From Eledone cirrhosa (lineage: Eukaryota): a DNA stretch of 64,000 nt. The notes below the pieces were generated by a model. That model did no database searches, was not told the origin of the DNA, and worked only from the letters and a program-made list of their open reading frames with translations. Where the stretch lies: NCBI GenBank assembly GCA_964016885.1, contig OZ024743.1, positions 236,778,001-236,842,000 on the forward strand, in the 5' to 3' direction. Below, in pieces: positions 25,201 to 39,500 of this stretch. Each line of letters begins with the position of its first letter. The stretch's first letter is position 1. Made by a program: the position numbers and the translations under genes.

Positions 25201-28200
25201 TCTAAGTCTAAAGTATGTCTTATTATAGACAGCTACAGTACTGATTAGTCTGTCTAATTCTAAAGTCTGTCTTGTTATAGACAGCTACAGTACTGATTAG
25301 TCTGTCTAAGTCTAAAGTCTGTCTTGTTATAGACAGCTACATCATTGATTAGTCTGTCTAAGTCTAAAGTCTGTCTTATTATAGAAAGCTACAGTATTGA
25401 TTAGTCTGTCTAAGTCTAAAGTCTGTCTTATCATAGACAGCTACAGTACTTATTAGTCTGTCTAAGTCTAAAGTCTGTCTTATTATAGACAGCTACAGTA
25501 TTGAGAATTCTGTCTAAGTCTAAAGTCTGTCTTGTTATAGAGGGCTACAGTATTGATTAGTCTGTCTAAGTCTAAAGTCTGTCTTGTTATAGACAACTAC
25601 AGTATTGATTAGTCTGTCTAAGTCTAAAGTCTGTCTTATTATAGACCGCTACAGTATTGACAATAATGTCTAAGTCTAAAGTCTGTCTTATTATAGACAG
25701 CTACAGTACTGATTAGTCTGTCTAAGTCTAAAGTCTGTCTTGTTATAGACAGCTACAGTATTGATTAGTCTGTCTAAGTTTAAAGTCTTTCTTATTATAG
25801 ACAGCTACAGTAGTGATTAGTCTGTCTATGTCTAAAGTCTGTCTTATTATAGACAGCTACAGTATTGACAATTCTCTCTAAGCCTAAAGTCTGTCTTATT
25901 ATAGACAGCTACAGTATTGATTAGTCTGTTTCAGTCTAAAGTCTGCCTTAATATAGACAGCTACAGTACTGATTAGTCTGTCTAAGTCTAAAGTCTGTCT
26001 TGTTATACACAGCTACAGTATTGATTAGTCTGTCTAAGTCTAAAGTCTGTCTTATTATAGACAGCTAGAGTATTGATTAGTCAGTCTAAGTCTAAAGTCT
26101 GTCTTGTTATAGACAGCTACAGTATTGACAATTCTGTCTATGTCTAAAGTCTGTCTTTTTATAGACCGCTACAGTATTGACAATAATGTCTAAGTCTAAA
26201 GTCTGTCTTATTATAGACCCCTACAGTATTGACAATAATGTCTAAGTCTGAAGTCTGTCTTATTATAGACAGCTACAGTACTGATTAGTCTGTCTAAGTC
26301 TAAAGTTTGTCTTGTTATAGACAACTACAGTATTGATTAGTCTGTCTAAGTCTAAAGTCTGTCTTATTATAGACAGCTACAGTATTGAGAATTCCGTCTA
26401 AGTCTAAAGTCTGTATTATTATAGAGAGCTACAGTACTGATTAGTCTGTCTAATTCTAAAGTATGTCTTGTTATAGACAGCTACAGTACTAATTAGTCTG
26501 TCTAAGTCTAAAGTCTGTCTTGTTATAGACAGCTACAGCATTGATTAGTCTGTCTAAGTCTAAAGTCTGTCTTATTATAGACAGCTACAGTATTGATTAG
26601 TCTGTCTAAGTCTAAAGTCTGTCTTATCATAGACAGCTACAGTACTTATTAGTCTGTCTAAGTCTAAAGTCTGTCTTATTATAGACAGCTACAGTATTGA
26701 CAATTCTCTCTAAGTCTAAAGTCTGTCTTATTATAGACAGCTACAGTATTGATTAGTCTGTTTAAGTCTAAAGTCTGTCTTATTATAGACAGCTACAGTA
26801 CTGATTAGTCTGTCTAAGTCTAAAGTGTGTCTTGTTATAGACAGCTACAGCATTGATTACTCTGTCTAAGTCTAAAGTCTGTCTTATTATAGACAGCTAC
26901 AGTATTGATTAGTCTGTCTAAGTCTAAAGTCTGTCTTATTATAGACAGTGACAGTACTGATTCGTCCGTCTAAGTCTAAAGTCTGTCTTATTATAGACAG
27001 CTACAGTATTGACAATTCTCTCTAAGTCTAAAGTCTGTCTTATTATAGACAGCTACAGTATTGATTAGTCTGTTTAAGTCTAAAGTCTGTCTTATTATAG
27101 ACAGCTACAGTACTGATTAGTCTGTCTAAGTCTAAAGTCTGTCTTGTTATACACAGCTACAGTATTGATTAGTCTGTCTAAGTCTAAAGTCTGTCTTATT
27201 ATAGACCGCTACAGTATTGACAATAATGTCTAAGTCTAAAGTCTGTCTTATTATAGACAGCTACAGTACTGATTAGTCTGTCTAATTCTAAAGTCTGTCT
27301 TGTTATAGACAGCTACAGTACTGATTAGTCTGTCTAAGTCTAAAGTCTGTCTTGTTATAGACAGCTACAGCATTGATTAGTCTGTCTAAGTCTAAAGTCT
27401 GTCTTATCATAGACAGCTACAGTACTTATTAGTCTGTCTAAGTCTAAAGTCTGTCTTATTATAGACAGCTACAGTATTGAGAATTCTGTCTAAGTCTAAA
27501 GTCTGTCTTGTTATAGAGGGCTACAGTATTGATTAGTCTGTCTAAGTCTAAAGTCTGTCTTATTATAGACAGTGACAGTACTGATTCGTCCGTCTAAGTC
27601 TAAAGTCTGTCTTATTATAGACAGCTACAGTATTGACAATTCTCTCTAAGTCTAAAGTCTGTCTTATTATAGACAGCTACAGTATTGATTAGTCTGTTTA
27701 AGTCTAAAGTCTGTCTTATTATAGACAGCTACAGTACTGATTAGTCTGTCTAAGTCTAAAGTCTGTCTTGTTATACACAGCTACAGTATTGATTAGTCTG
27801 TCTAAGTCTAAAGTCTGTCTTATTATAGACCGCTACAGTATTGACAATAATGTCTAAGTCTAAAGTCTGTCTTATTATAGACAGCTACAGTACTGATTAG
27901 TCTGTCTAATTCTAAAGTCTGTCTTGTTATAGACAGCTACAGTACTGATTAGTCTGTCTAAGTCTAAAGTCTGTCTTGTTATAGACAGCTACAGCATTGA
28001 TTAGTCTGTCTAAGTCTAAAGTCTGTCTTATCATAGACAGCTACAGTACTTATTAGTCTGTCTAAGTCTAAAGTCTGTCTTATTATAGACAGCTACAGTA
28101 TTGAGAATTCTGTCTAAGTCTAAAGTCTGTCTTGTTATAGAGGGCTACAGTATTGATTAGTCTGTCTAAGTCTAAAGTCTGTCTTGTTATAGACAACTAC

Positions 28201-31000
28201 AGTATTGATTAGTCTGTCTAAGTCTAAAGTCTGTCTTATTATAGACCGCTACAGTATTGACAATAATGTCTAAGTCTAAAGTCTGTCTTATTATAGACAG
28301 CTACAGTACTGATTAGTCTGTCTAAGTCTAAAGTCTGTCTTGTTATAGACAGCTACAGTATTGATTAGTCTGTCTAAGTCTAAAGTCTGTCTTGTTATAG
28401 ACAGCTACAGTATTGATTAGTTGTCTAAGTCTAAAGTCTGTCTTGTTATAGACAGCTACAGTATTGATTAGTCTGTCTAAGTCTAAAGTCTGTCTTGTTA
28501 TAGACAGCTACAGTATTAATTAGTCTGTCTAAGTCTAAAGTCTGTCTTGTTATAGACAGTTACAGTATTGATTAGTCTGTCTAAGTCAAAAGTCTGTCTT
28601 GTAGACAGTTACAGTATTGATTAGTCTGTCTAAGTCTAAAGTCTGTCTTGCTATAGACAGCTACAGTATTGACAATTCTGTCTAAGTCTAAAGTATGTCT
28701 TATTATAGACAGCTACAGTACTGATTAGTCTGTCTAATTCTAAAGTCTGTCTTGTTATAGACAGCTACAGTACTGATTAGTCTGTCTAAGTCTAAAGTCT
28801 ATCTTGTTATAGACAGCTACATCATTGATTGGTCTGTCTAAGTCTAAAGTCTGTCTTATTATAGACAGCTACAGTATTGATTAGTCTGTCTAAGTCTAAA
28901 GTCTGTCTTATCATAGACAGCTACAGTACTTATTAGTCTGTCTAAGTCTAAAGTCTGTCTTATTATAGACAGCTACAGTATTGAGAATTCTGTCTAAGTC
29001 TAAAGTCTGTCTTGTTATAGAGGGCTACAGTATTGATTAGTCTGTCTAAGTCTAAAGTCTGTCTTGTTATAGACAACTACAGTATTGATTAGTCTGTCTA
29101 AGTCTAAAGTCTGTCTTATTATAGACCGCTACAGTATTGACAATAATGTCTAAGTCTAAAGTCTGTCTTATTATAGACAGCTACAGTACTGATTAGTCTG
29201 TCTAAGTCTAAAGTCTGTCTTGTTATAGACAGCTACAGTATTGATTAGTCTGTCTAAGTTTAAAGTCTTTCTTATTATAGACAGCTACAGTAGTGATTAG
29301 TCTGTCTATGTCTAAAGTCTGTCTTATTATAGACAGCTACAGTATTGACAATTCTCTCTAAGCCTAAAGTCTGTCTTATTATAGACAGCTACAGTATTGA
29401 TTAGTCTGTTTCAGTCTAAAGTCTGCCTTAATATAGACAGCTACAGTACTGATTAGTCTGTCTAAGTCTAAAGTCTGTCTTGTTATACACAGCTACAGTA
29501 TTGATTAGTCTGTCTAAGTCTAAAGTCTGTCTTATTATAGACAGCTAGAGTATTGATTAGTCAGTCTAAGTCTAAAGTCTGTCTTGTTATAGACAGCTAC
29601 AGTATTGACAATTCTGTCTATGTCTAAAGTCTGTCTTTTTATAGACCGCTACAGTATTGACAATAATGTCTAAGTCTAAAGTCTGTCTTATTATAGACCC
29701 CTACAGTATTGACAATAATGTCTAAGTCTGAAGTCTGTCTTATTATAGACAGCTACAGTACTGATTAGTCTGTCTAAGTCTAAAGTTTGTCTTGTTATAG
29801 ACAGCTACAGTATTGACAATTCCGTCTAAGTCTAAAGTCTGTATTATTATAGAGAGCTACAGTACTGATTAGTCTGTCTAATTCTAAAGTATGTCTTGTT
29901 ATAGACAGCTACAGTACTAATTAGTCTGTCTAAGTCTAAAGTCTGTCTTGTTATAGACAGCTACAGCATTGATTAGTCTGTCTAAGTCTAAAGTCTGTCT
30001 TATTATAGACAGCTACAGTATTGATTAGTCTGTCTAAGTCTAAAGTCTGTCTTATCATAGACAGCTACAGTACTTATTAGTCTGTCTAAGTCTAAAGTCT
30101 GTCTTATTATAGACAGCTACAGTATTGACAATTCTCTCTAAGTCTAAAGTCTGTCTTATTATAGACAGCTACAGTATTGATTAGTCTGTTTAAGTCTAAA
30201 GTCTGTCTTATTATAGACAGCTACAGTACTGATTAGTCTGTCTAAGTCTAAAGTGTGTCTTGTTATAGACAGCTACATCATTGATTAGTCTGTCTAAGTC
30301 TAAAGTCTGTCTTATTATAGACAGCTACAGTATTGATTAGTCTGTCTAAGTCTAAAGTCTGTCTTATTATAGACAGTGACAGTACTGATTCGTCCGTCTA
30401 AGTCTAAAGTCTGTCTTATTATAGACAGCTACAGTATTGACAATTCTCTCTAAGTCTAAAGGCTGTCTTATTATAGACAGCTACAGTATTGATTAGTCTG
30501 TTTAAGTCTAAAGTCTGTCTTATTATAGACAGCTACAGTACTGATTAGTCTGTCTAAGTCTAAAGTCTGTCTTGTTATACACAGCTACAGTATTGATTAG
30601 TCTGTCTAAGTCTAAAGTCTGTCTTATTATAGACCGCTACAGTATTGACAATAATGTCTAAGTCTAAAGTCTGTCTTATTATAGACAGCTACAGTACTGA
30701 TTAGTCTGTCTAATTCTAAAGTCTGTCTTGTTATAGACAGCTACAGTACTGATTAGTCTGTCTAAGTCTAAAGTCTGTCTTGTTATAGACAGCTACAGCA
30801 TTGATTAGTCTGTCTAAGTCTAAAGTCTGTCTTATCATAGACAGCTACAGTACTTATTAGTCTGTCTAAGTCTAAAGTCTGTCTTATTATAGACAGCTAC
30901 AGTATTGAGAATTCTGTCTAAGTCTAAAGTCTGTCTTGTTATAGAGGGCTACAGTATTGATTAGTCTGTCTAAGTCTAAAGTCTGTCTTGTTATAGACAA
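21410..31000. repeat. About three tandem copies of a 2.75-3.5 kb higher-order unit
   Basis: ATAGAAAGCT occurs at 22628/25381 (offset 2,753). GTCAAAAG at 22352/25105/28585 and TTTCAG at 23176/25929/29409 give offsets 2,753 and 3,480. Confidence 0.85.
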
Positions 31001-31249
31001 CTACAGTATTGATTAGTCTGTCTAAGTCTAAAGTCTGTCTTCTATAGACAGCTACAGTATTGACAATTCTGTCTAAGTCTAAAGTCTGTCTTATTATAGA
31101 CAGCTACAGTATTGATTAGTCTATCTAAGTCTAAAGTCTGTCTTGTTATAGACAGCTCCAGTATTGATTAGTCTGTCTAAGTCTAAAATCTGTCTTGTTA
31201 TAGACAGCTACAGTATTGATTAGTCTGTCTAAGTCTAAAGTCTGTCTTG

Positions 31250-34200
31250 TTATAGACAGCTCCAGTATTGATTAGTCTGTCGAAGTCTAAAGTCTGTCTT
31301 GTTATGGACAGCTACAGTATTGATTAGTCTGTCTAAGTCTAAAGTCTGTCTTGTTATAGACAGCTACAGTATTGATTAGTCTGTCTAAGTCTAAAGTCTG
31401 TCTTATTATAGACAGCTACAGTATTGACAATTCTGTGTAAGTCTAAAGTTGTCTTTTTATAGACAGCTACAGTACTGATTAGTCTGTCTAAGCCTAAAGT
31501 CTGTTTTGTTATAGACAGCTACAGTATTGATTAGTCTGTCTAAGTCTAAAGTCTGTCTTATTATAGACAGCTACAGTACTGATTAGTCTGTCTAAGTCTA
31601 AAGTCTGTCTTACTATAGACAGCTACAGTAATGATTAGTCTGTCTAAGTCTAAAGTATGTCTTGTTATAGACAGCTACAGTACTGATTAGTCTGTCTAAG
31701 TCTAAAGTCTGTCTTGTTATAGACAACTACACTATTGATTAGTCTGTCTAAGTCTAAAGTCTGTCTTGTTATAGACAGCTACAGTATTGATTAGTCTTTC
31801 TAAGTTTAAAGTCTTTCTTATTATATACAGCTACAGTACTGATTAGTCTGTCTAAGTCTAAAGTCTGTCTTATTATAGACAGCTACAGTACTGATTAGTC
31901 TGTCTAAGTCTAAAGTATGTCTTGTTATAGACAGCTACAGCATTGATTAGTCTGTCTAAGTCTAAAGTCTGTCTTGTTATAGACAGCTACAGTATTGATT
32001 AGTCTGTCTAAGTCTAAAATCTGTCTTGTTATAGACAGCTACAGTATTGATTAATCTGTCTAAGTCTAAAGTCTGTCTTGTTATAGACAGCTACAGTATT
32101 GATTAGTCTGTCGAAGTCTAAAGTCTGTCTTGTTATGGACAGCTACAGTATTGATTAGTCTGTCTAAGTCTAAAGTCTGTCTTGTTATAGACAGCTACAG
32201 TATTGATTAGTCTGTCTAAGTTTAAAGTCTTTCTTATTATACACAGCTACAGTACTGATTAGTCTGTCTATGTCTAAAGTCTGTCTTATTATAGACAGCT
32301 ACAGTATTGATTAGTCTGTTTCAGTCTAAAGTCTGCCTTAATATAGACAGCTACAGTACTGATTAGTCTGTCTAAGTCTAAAGTCTGTCTTGTTATACAC
32401 AGCTACAGTATTGATTAGTCTGTCTAAGTCTAAAGTCTGTCTTATTATAGACAGCTAGAGTATTGATTAGTCAGTCTAAGTCTAAAGTCTGTCTTGTTAT
32501 AGACAGCTACAGTATTGACAATTCTGTCTATGTCTAAAGTCTGTCTTTTTATAGACCGCTACAGTATTGACAATAATGTCTAAGTCTAAAGTCTGTCTTA
32601 TTATAGACCGCTACAGTATTGACAATAATGTCTAAGTCTAAAGTCTGTCTTATTATAGACAGCTACAGTACTGATTAGTCTGTCTAAGTCTAAAGTCTGT
32701 CTTGCTATAGACAGCTACAGTATTGACAATTCTGTCTAAGTCTAAAGTATGTCTTATTATAGACAGCTACATTGTTGATTAGTCTGTCTAAGTCTAAAGT
32801 ATGTCTTATTATAGACAGCTACAGTACTGATTAGTCTGTCTAAGTCTAAAGTCTGTCTTGTTATAGACAGCTACAGTATTGACAATTCTGTCTAAGTCTA
32901 AAGTCTGTCTTATTATAGACAGCTACAGTATTGATTAGTCTATCTAAGTCTAAAGTCTGTCTTGTTATAGACAGCTTCAGTATTGATTAGTCTGTCTAAG
33001 TCTAAAATCTGTCTTGTTATAGACAGCTACAGTATTGATTAGTCTGTCTAAGTCTAAAGTCTGTCTTCTTATAGACAGCTACAGTATTGATTAGTCTGTC
33101 GAAGTCTAAAGTCTGTCTTATTATAGACAGCTACAGTATTGATTAGTCTGTCTAAGTCTAAAGTCTGTCTTATTATAGACAGCTACAGTATTGACAATTC
33201 TGTGTAAGTCTAAAGTCTGTCTTATTATAGACAGCTACAGTACTGATTAGTCTGTCTAATTCTAAAGTCTGTCTTGTTATAGACAACTACAGTATTAATT
33301 AGTCTGTCTAAGTCTAAAGTCTGTCTTATTATAGACAGCTACAGTATTGACAATTCTGTCTAAGTCTAAAGTCTGTCTTATTATAGACAGCTACAGTAAT
33401 GATTAGTCTGTCTAAGTCTAAAGTCTGTCTTGTTATAGACAGCTACAGTACTGATTAGTCTGTCTAAGTCTAAAGTCTGTCTTGTTATAGACAACTACAC
33501 TATTGATTAGTCTGTCTAAGTCTAAAGTCTGTCTTGTTATAGACAGCTACAGTATTGATTAGTCTTTCTAAGTTTAAAGTCTTTCTTATTATAGACAGCT
33601 ACAGTACTGATTAGTCTGTCTAAGTCTAAAGTCTGTCTTATTATAGACAGCTACAGTATTGACAATTCTCTCTAAGTCTAAAGTCTGTCTTATTATAGAC
33701 AGCTACAGTACTGATTAGTCTGTCTAAGTCTAAAGTATGTCTTGTTATAGACAGCTACAGCATTGATTAGTCTGTCTACCTCTAAAGTCTGTCTTGTTAT
33801 AGACAGCTACAGTATTGATTAGTCTGTCTAAGTCTAAAATCTCTCTTGTTATAGACAGCTGCAGTATTGATTAGTCTGTCTAAGTCTAAAGTCTGTCTTG
33901 TTATAGAGAGCTACAGTATTGATTAGTCTGTCGAAGTCTAAAGTCTGTCTTGTTATGGACAGCTACAGTATTGATTAGTCTGTCTAAGTCTAAAGTCTGT
34001 CTTGTTATAGACAGCTACAGTATTGATTAGTCTGTCTAAGTTTAAAGTCTTTCTTATTATAGACAGCTACAGTAGTGATTAGTCTGTCTATGTCTAAAGT
34101 CTGTCTTATTATAGACAGCTACAGTATTGACAATTCTCTCTAAGCCTAAAGTCTGTCTTATTATAGACAGCTACAGTATTGATTAGTCTGTTTCAGTCTA

Positions 34201-36590
34201 AAGTCTGCCTTAATATAGACAGCTACAGTACTGATTAGTCTGTCTAAGTCTAAAGTCTGTCTTGTTATACACAGCTACAGTATTGATTAGTCTGTCTAAG
34301 TCTAAAGTATGTCTTATTATAGACAGCTAGAGTATTGATTAGTCAGTCTAAGTCTAAAGTCTGTCTTGTTATAGACAGCTACAGTATTGACAATTCTGTC
34401 TATGTCTAAAGTCTGTCTTTTTATAGACCGCTACAGTATTGACAATAATGTCTAAGTCTAAAGTCTGTCTTATTATAGACCCCTACAGTATTGACAATAA
34501 TGTCTAAGTCTGAAGTCTGTCTTATTATAGACAGCTACAGTACTGATTAGTCTGTCTAAGTCTAAAGTTTGTCTTGTTATAGACAACTACAGTATTGATT
34601 AGTCTGTCTAAGTCTAAAGTCTGTCTTATTATAGACAGCTACAGTATTGACAATTCCGTCTAAGTCTAAAGTCTGTATTATTATAGAGAGCTACAGTACT
34701 GATTAGTCTGTCTAATTCTAAAGTATGTCTTGTTATAGACAGCTACAGTACTAATTAGTCTGTCTAAGTCTAAAGTCTGTCTTGTTATAGACAGCTACAG
34801 CATTGATTAGTCTGTCTAAGTCTAAAGTCTGTCTTATTATAGACAGCTACAGTATTGATTAGTCTGTCTAAGTCTAAAGTCTGTCTTATCATAGACAGCT
34901 ACAGTACTTATTAGTCTGTCTAAGTCTAAAGTCTGTCTTATTATAGACAGCTACAGTATTGACAATTCTCTCTAAGTCTAAAGTCTGTCTTATTATAGAC
35001 AGCTACAGTATTGATTAGTCTGTTTAAGTCTAAAGTCTGTCTTATTATAGACAGCTACAGTACTGTTTAGTCTGTTTAAGTCTAAAGTGTGTCTTGTTAT
35101 AGACAGCTACAGCATTGATTAGTCTGTCTAAGTCTAAAGTCTGTCTTATTATAGACAGCTACAGTATTGATTAGTCTGTCTAAGTCTAAAGTCTGTCTTA
35201 TTATAGACAGTGACAGTACTGATTCGTCCGTCTAAGTCTAAAGTCTGTCTTATTATAGACAGCTACAGTATTGACGATTCTCTCTAAGTCTAAAGTCTGT
35301 CTTATTATAGACAGCTACAGTACTGATTAGTCTGTCTAAGTCTAAAGTCTGTCTTGTTATACACAGCTACAGTATTGATTAGTCTGTCTAAGTCTAAAGT
35401 CTGTCTTATTATAGACCGCTACAGTATTGACAATAATGTCTAAGTCTAAAGTCTGTCTTATTATAGACAGCTACAGTACTGATTAGTCTGTCTAATTCTA
35501 AAGTCTGTCTTGTTATAGACAGCTACAGTACTGATTAGTCTGTCTAAGTCTAAAGTCTGTCTTGTTATAGACAGCTACATCATTGATTAGTCTGTCTAAG
35601 TCTAAAGTCTGTCTTATTATAGACAGCTACAGTATTGATTAGTCTGTCTAAGTCTAAAGTCTGTCTTATCATAGACAGCTACAGTACTTATTAGTCTGTC
35701 TAAGTCTAAAGTCTGTCTTATTATAGACAGCTACAGTATTGAGAATTCTGTCTAAGTCTAAAGTCTGTCTTGTTATAGAGGGCTACAGTATTGATTAGTC
35801 TGTCTAAGTCTAAAGTCTGTCTTGTTATAGACAACTACAGTATTGATTAGTCTGTCTAAGTCTAAAGTCTGTCTTATTATAGACCGCTACAGTATTGACA
35901 ATAATGTCTAAGTCTAAAGTCTGTCTTATTATAGACAGCTACAGTACTGATTACTCTGTCTAAGTCTAAAGTCTGTCTTGTTATAGACAGCTACAGTATT
36001 GATTAGTCTGTCTAAGTTTAAAGTCTTTCTTATTATAGACAGCTACAGTAGTGATTAGTCTGTCTATGTCTAAAGTCTGTCTTATTATAGACAGCTACAG
36101 TATTGACAATTCTCTCTAAGCCTAAAGTCTGTCTTATTATAGACAGCTACAGTATTGATTAGTCTGTTTCAGTCTAAAGTCTGCCTTAATATAGACAGCT
36201 ACAGTACTGATTAGTCTGTCTAAGTCTAAAGTCTGTCTTGTTATACACAGCTACAGTATTGATTAGTCTGTCTAAGTCTAAAGTCTGTCTTATTATAGAC
36301 AGCTAGAGTATTGATTAGTCAGTCTAAGTCTAAAGTCTGTCTTGTTATAGACAGCTACATTATTGACAATTCTGTCTATGTCTAAAGTCTGTCTTTTTAT
36401 AGACCGCTACAGTATTGACAATAATGTCTAAGTCTAAAGTCTGTCTTATTATAGACCCCTACAGTATTGACAATAATGTCTAAGTCTGAAGTCTGTCTTA
36501 TTATAGACAGCTACAGTACTGATTAGTCTGTCTAAGTCTAAAGTTTGTCTTGTTATAGACAACTACAGTATTGATTAGTCTGTCTAAGTC
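31250..36590. repeat. Copy 2 of the 5.3 kb duplication (copy 1 at ~14,100-19,440)
   Basis: Same rare variants at offset 17,147-17,148. Collinearity ends near 19,440/36,590. Confidence 0.88.
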
Positions 36591-39500
36591 AAAAGTCTGT
36601 CTTGCTATAGACAGCTACAGTATTGACAATTCTGTCTAAGTCTAAAGTATGTCTTATTATAGACAGCTGCATTGTTGATTAGACTGTCTAAGTCTAAAGT
36701 ATGTCTTATTATAGACAGCTACAGTACTGATTAGTCTGTCTAAGTCTAAAGTCTGTCTTCTATAGACAGCTACAGTATTGACAATTCTGTCTAAGTCTAA
36801 AGTCTGTCTTATTATAGACAGCTACAGTATTGATTAGTCTATCTAAGTCTAAAGTATGTCTTGTTATAGACAGCTCCAGTATTGATTAGTCTGTCTAAGT
36901 CTAAAATCTGTCTTGTTATAGACAGCTACAGTATTGATTAGTCTGTCTAAGTCTAAAGTCTGTCTTGTTATAGACAGCTACAGTATTGATTAGTCTGTCG
37001 AAGTCTAAAGTCTGTCTTGTTATGGACAGCACAGCTACAGTATTGATTAGTCTGTCTAAGTCTAAAGTCTGTCTTGTTATAGACAGCTACAGTATTGATT
37101 AGTCTGTCTAAGTCTAAAGTCTGTCTTATTATAGACAGCTACAGTATTGACAATTCTGTGTAAGTCTAAAGTTGTCTTTTTATAGACAGCTACAGTACTG
37201 ATTAGTCTGTCTAAGTCTAAAGTCTGTTTTGTTATAGACAGCTACAGTATTGATTAGTCTGTCTAAGTCTAAAGTCTGTCTTATTATAGACAGCTACAGT
37301 ACTGATTAGTCTGTCTAAGTCTAAAGTCTGTCTTACTATAGACAGCTACAGTAATAATTAGTCTGTCTAAGTCTAAAGTCTGTCTTGTTATAGACAGCTA
37401 CAGTACTGATTAGTCTGTCTAAGTCTAAAGTCTGTCTTGTTATAGACAACTACACTATTGATTAGTCTGTCTAAGTCTAAAGTCTGTCTTGTTATAGACA
37501 GCTACAGTATTGATTAGTCTTTCTAAGTTTAAAGTCTTTCTTATTATAGACAGCTACAGTACTGATTAGTCTGTCTAAGTCTAAAGTCTGTCTTATTATA
37601 GACAGCTACAGTATTGACAATTCTCTCTAAGTCTAAAGTCTGTCTTATTATAGACAGCTACAGTACTGATTAGTCTGTCTAAGTCTAAAGTATGTCTTGT
37701 TATAGACAGCTACAGCATTGATTAGTTTGTCTAAGTCTAAAGTCTGTCTTGTTATAGACAGCTACAGTATTGATTAGTCTGTCTAAGTCTAAAATCTGTC
37801 TTGTTATAGACAGCTACAGTATTGATTAATCTGTCTAAGTCTAAAGTCTGTCTTGTTATAGACAGCTACAGTATTGATTAGTCTGTCGAAGTCTAAAGTC
37901 TGTCTTGTTATGGACAGCTACAGTATTGATTAGTCTGTCTAAGTCTAAAGTCTGTCTTGTTATAGACAGCTACAGTATTGATTAGTCTGTCTAAGTTTAA
38001 AGTCTTTCTTATTATAGACAGCTACAGTACTGATTAGTCTGTCTATGTCTAAAGTCTGTCTTATTATAGACAGCTACAGTATTGATTAGTCTGTTTCAGT
38101 CTAAAGTCTGCCTTAATATAGACAGCTACAGTACTGATTAGTCTGTCTAAGTCTAAAGTCTGTCTTGTTATACACAGCTACAGTATTGATTAGTCTGTCT
38201 AAGTCTAAAGTCTGTCTTATTATAGACAGCTAGAGTATTGATTAGTCAGTCTAAGTCTAAAGTCTGTCTTGTTATAGACATCTACAGTATTGACAATTCT
38301 GTCTATGTCTAAAGTCTGTCTTTTTATAGACCGCTACAGTATTGACAATAATGTCTAAGTCTAAAGTATGTCTTATTATAGACCGCTACAGTATTGACAA
38401 TAATGTCTAAGTCTAAAGTCTGTCTTATTATAGACAGCTACAGTACTGATTAGTCTGTCTAAGTCTAAAGTCGGTCTTGCTATAGACAGCTACAGTATTG
38501 ACAATTCTGTCTAAGTCTAAAGTATGTCTTATTATAGACAGCTACATTGTTGATTAGTCTGTCTAAGTCTAAAGTATGTCTTATTATAGACAGCTACAGT
38601 ACTGATTAGTCTGTCTAAGTCTAAAGTCTGTCTTGTTATAGACAGCTACAGTATTGACAATTCTGTCTAAGTCTAAAGTCTGTCTTATTATAGACAGCTA
38701 CAGTATTGATTAGTCTGTTTAAGTCTAAAGTCTGTCTTATTATAGACAGCTACAGTACTGATTAGTCTGTCTAAGTCTAAAGTGTGTCTTGTTATAGACA
38801 GCTACAGCATTGATTAGTCTGTCTAAGTCTAAAGTCTGTCTTATTATAGACAGCTACAGTATTGATTAGTCTGTCTAAGTCTAAAGTCTGTCTTATTATA
38901 GACAGTGACAGTACTGATTCGTCCGTCTAAGTCTAAAGTCTGTCTTATTATAGACAGCTACAGTATTGACAATTCTCTCTAAGTCTAAAGTCTGTCTTAT
39001 TATAGACAGCTACAGTATTGATTAGTCTGTTTAAGTCTAAAGTCTGTCTTATTATAGACAGCTACAGTACTGATTAGTCTGTCTAATTCTAAAGTCTGTC
39101 TTGTTATAGACAACTACAGTATTAATTAGTCTGTCTACGTCTAAAGTCTGTCTTATTATAGACAGCTACAGTATTGTCAATTCTGTCTAAGTCTAAAGTC
39201 TGTCTTATTATAGACAGCTACAGTAATGATTAGTCTGTCTAAGTCTAAAGTCTGTCTTGTTATAGACAGCTACAGTACTGATTAGTCTGTCTAAGTCTAA
39301 AGTCTGTCTTGTTATAGACAACTACACTATTGATTAGTCTGTCTAAGTCTAAAGTCTGTCTTGTTATAGACAGCTACAGTATTGATTAGTCTTTCTAAGT
39401 TTAAAGTCTTTCTTATTATAGACAGCTACAGTACTGATTAGTCTGTCTAAGTCTAAAGTCTGTCTTATTATAGACAGCTACAGTATTGACAATTCTCTCT

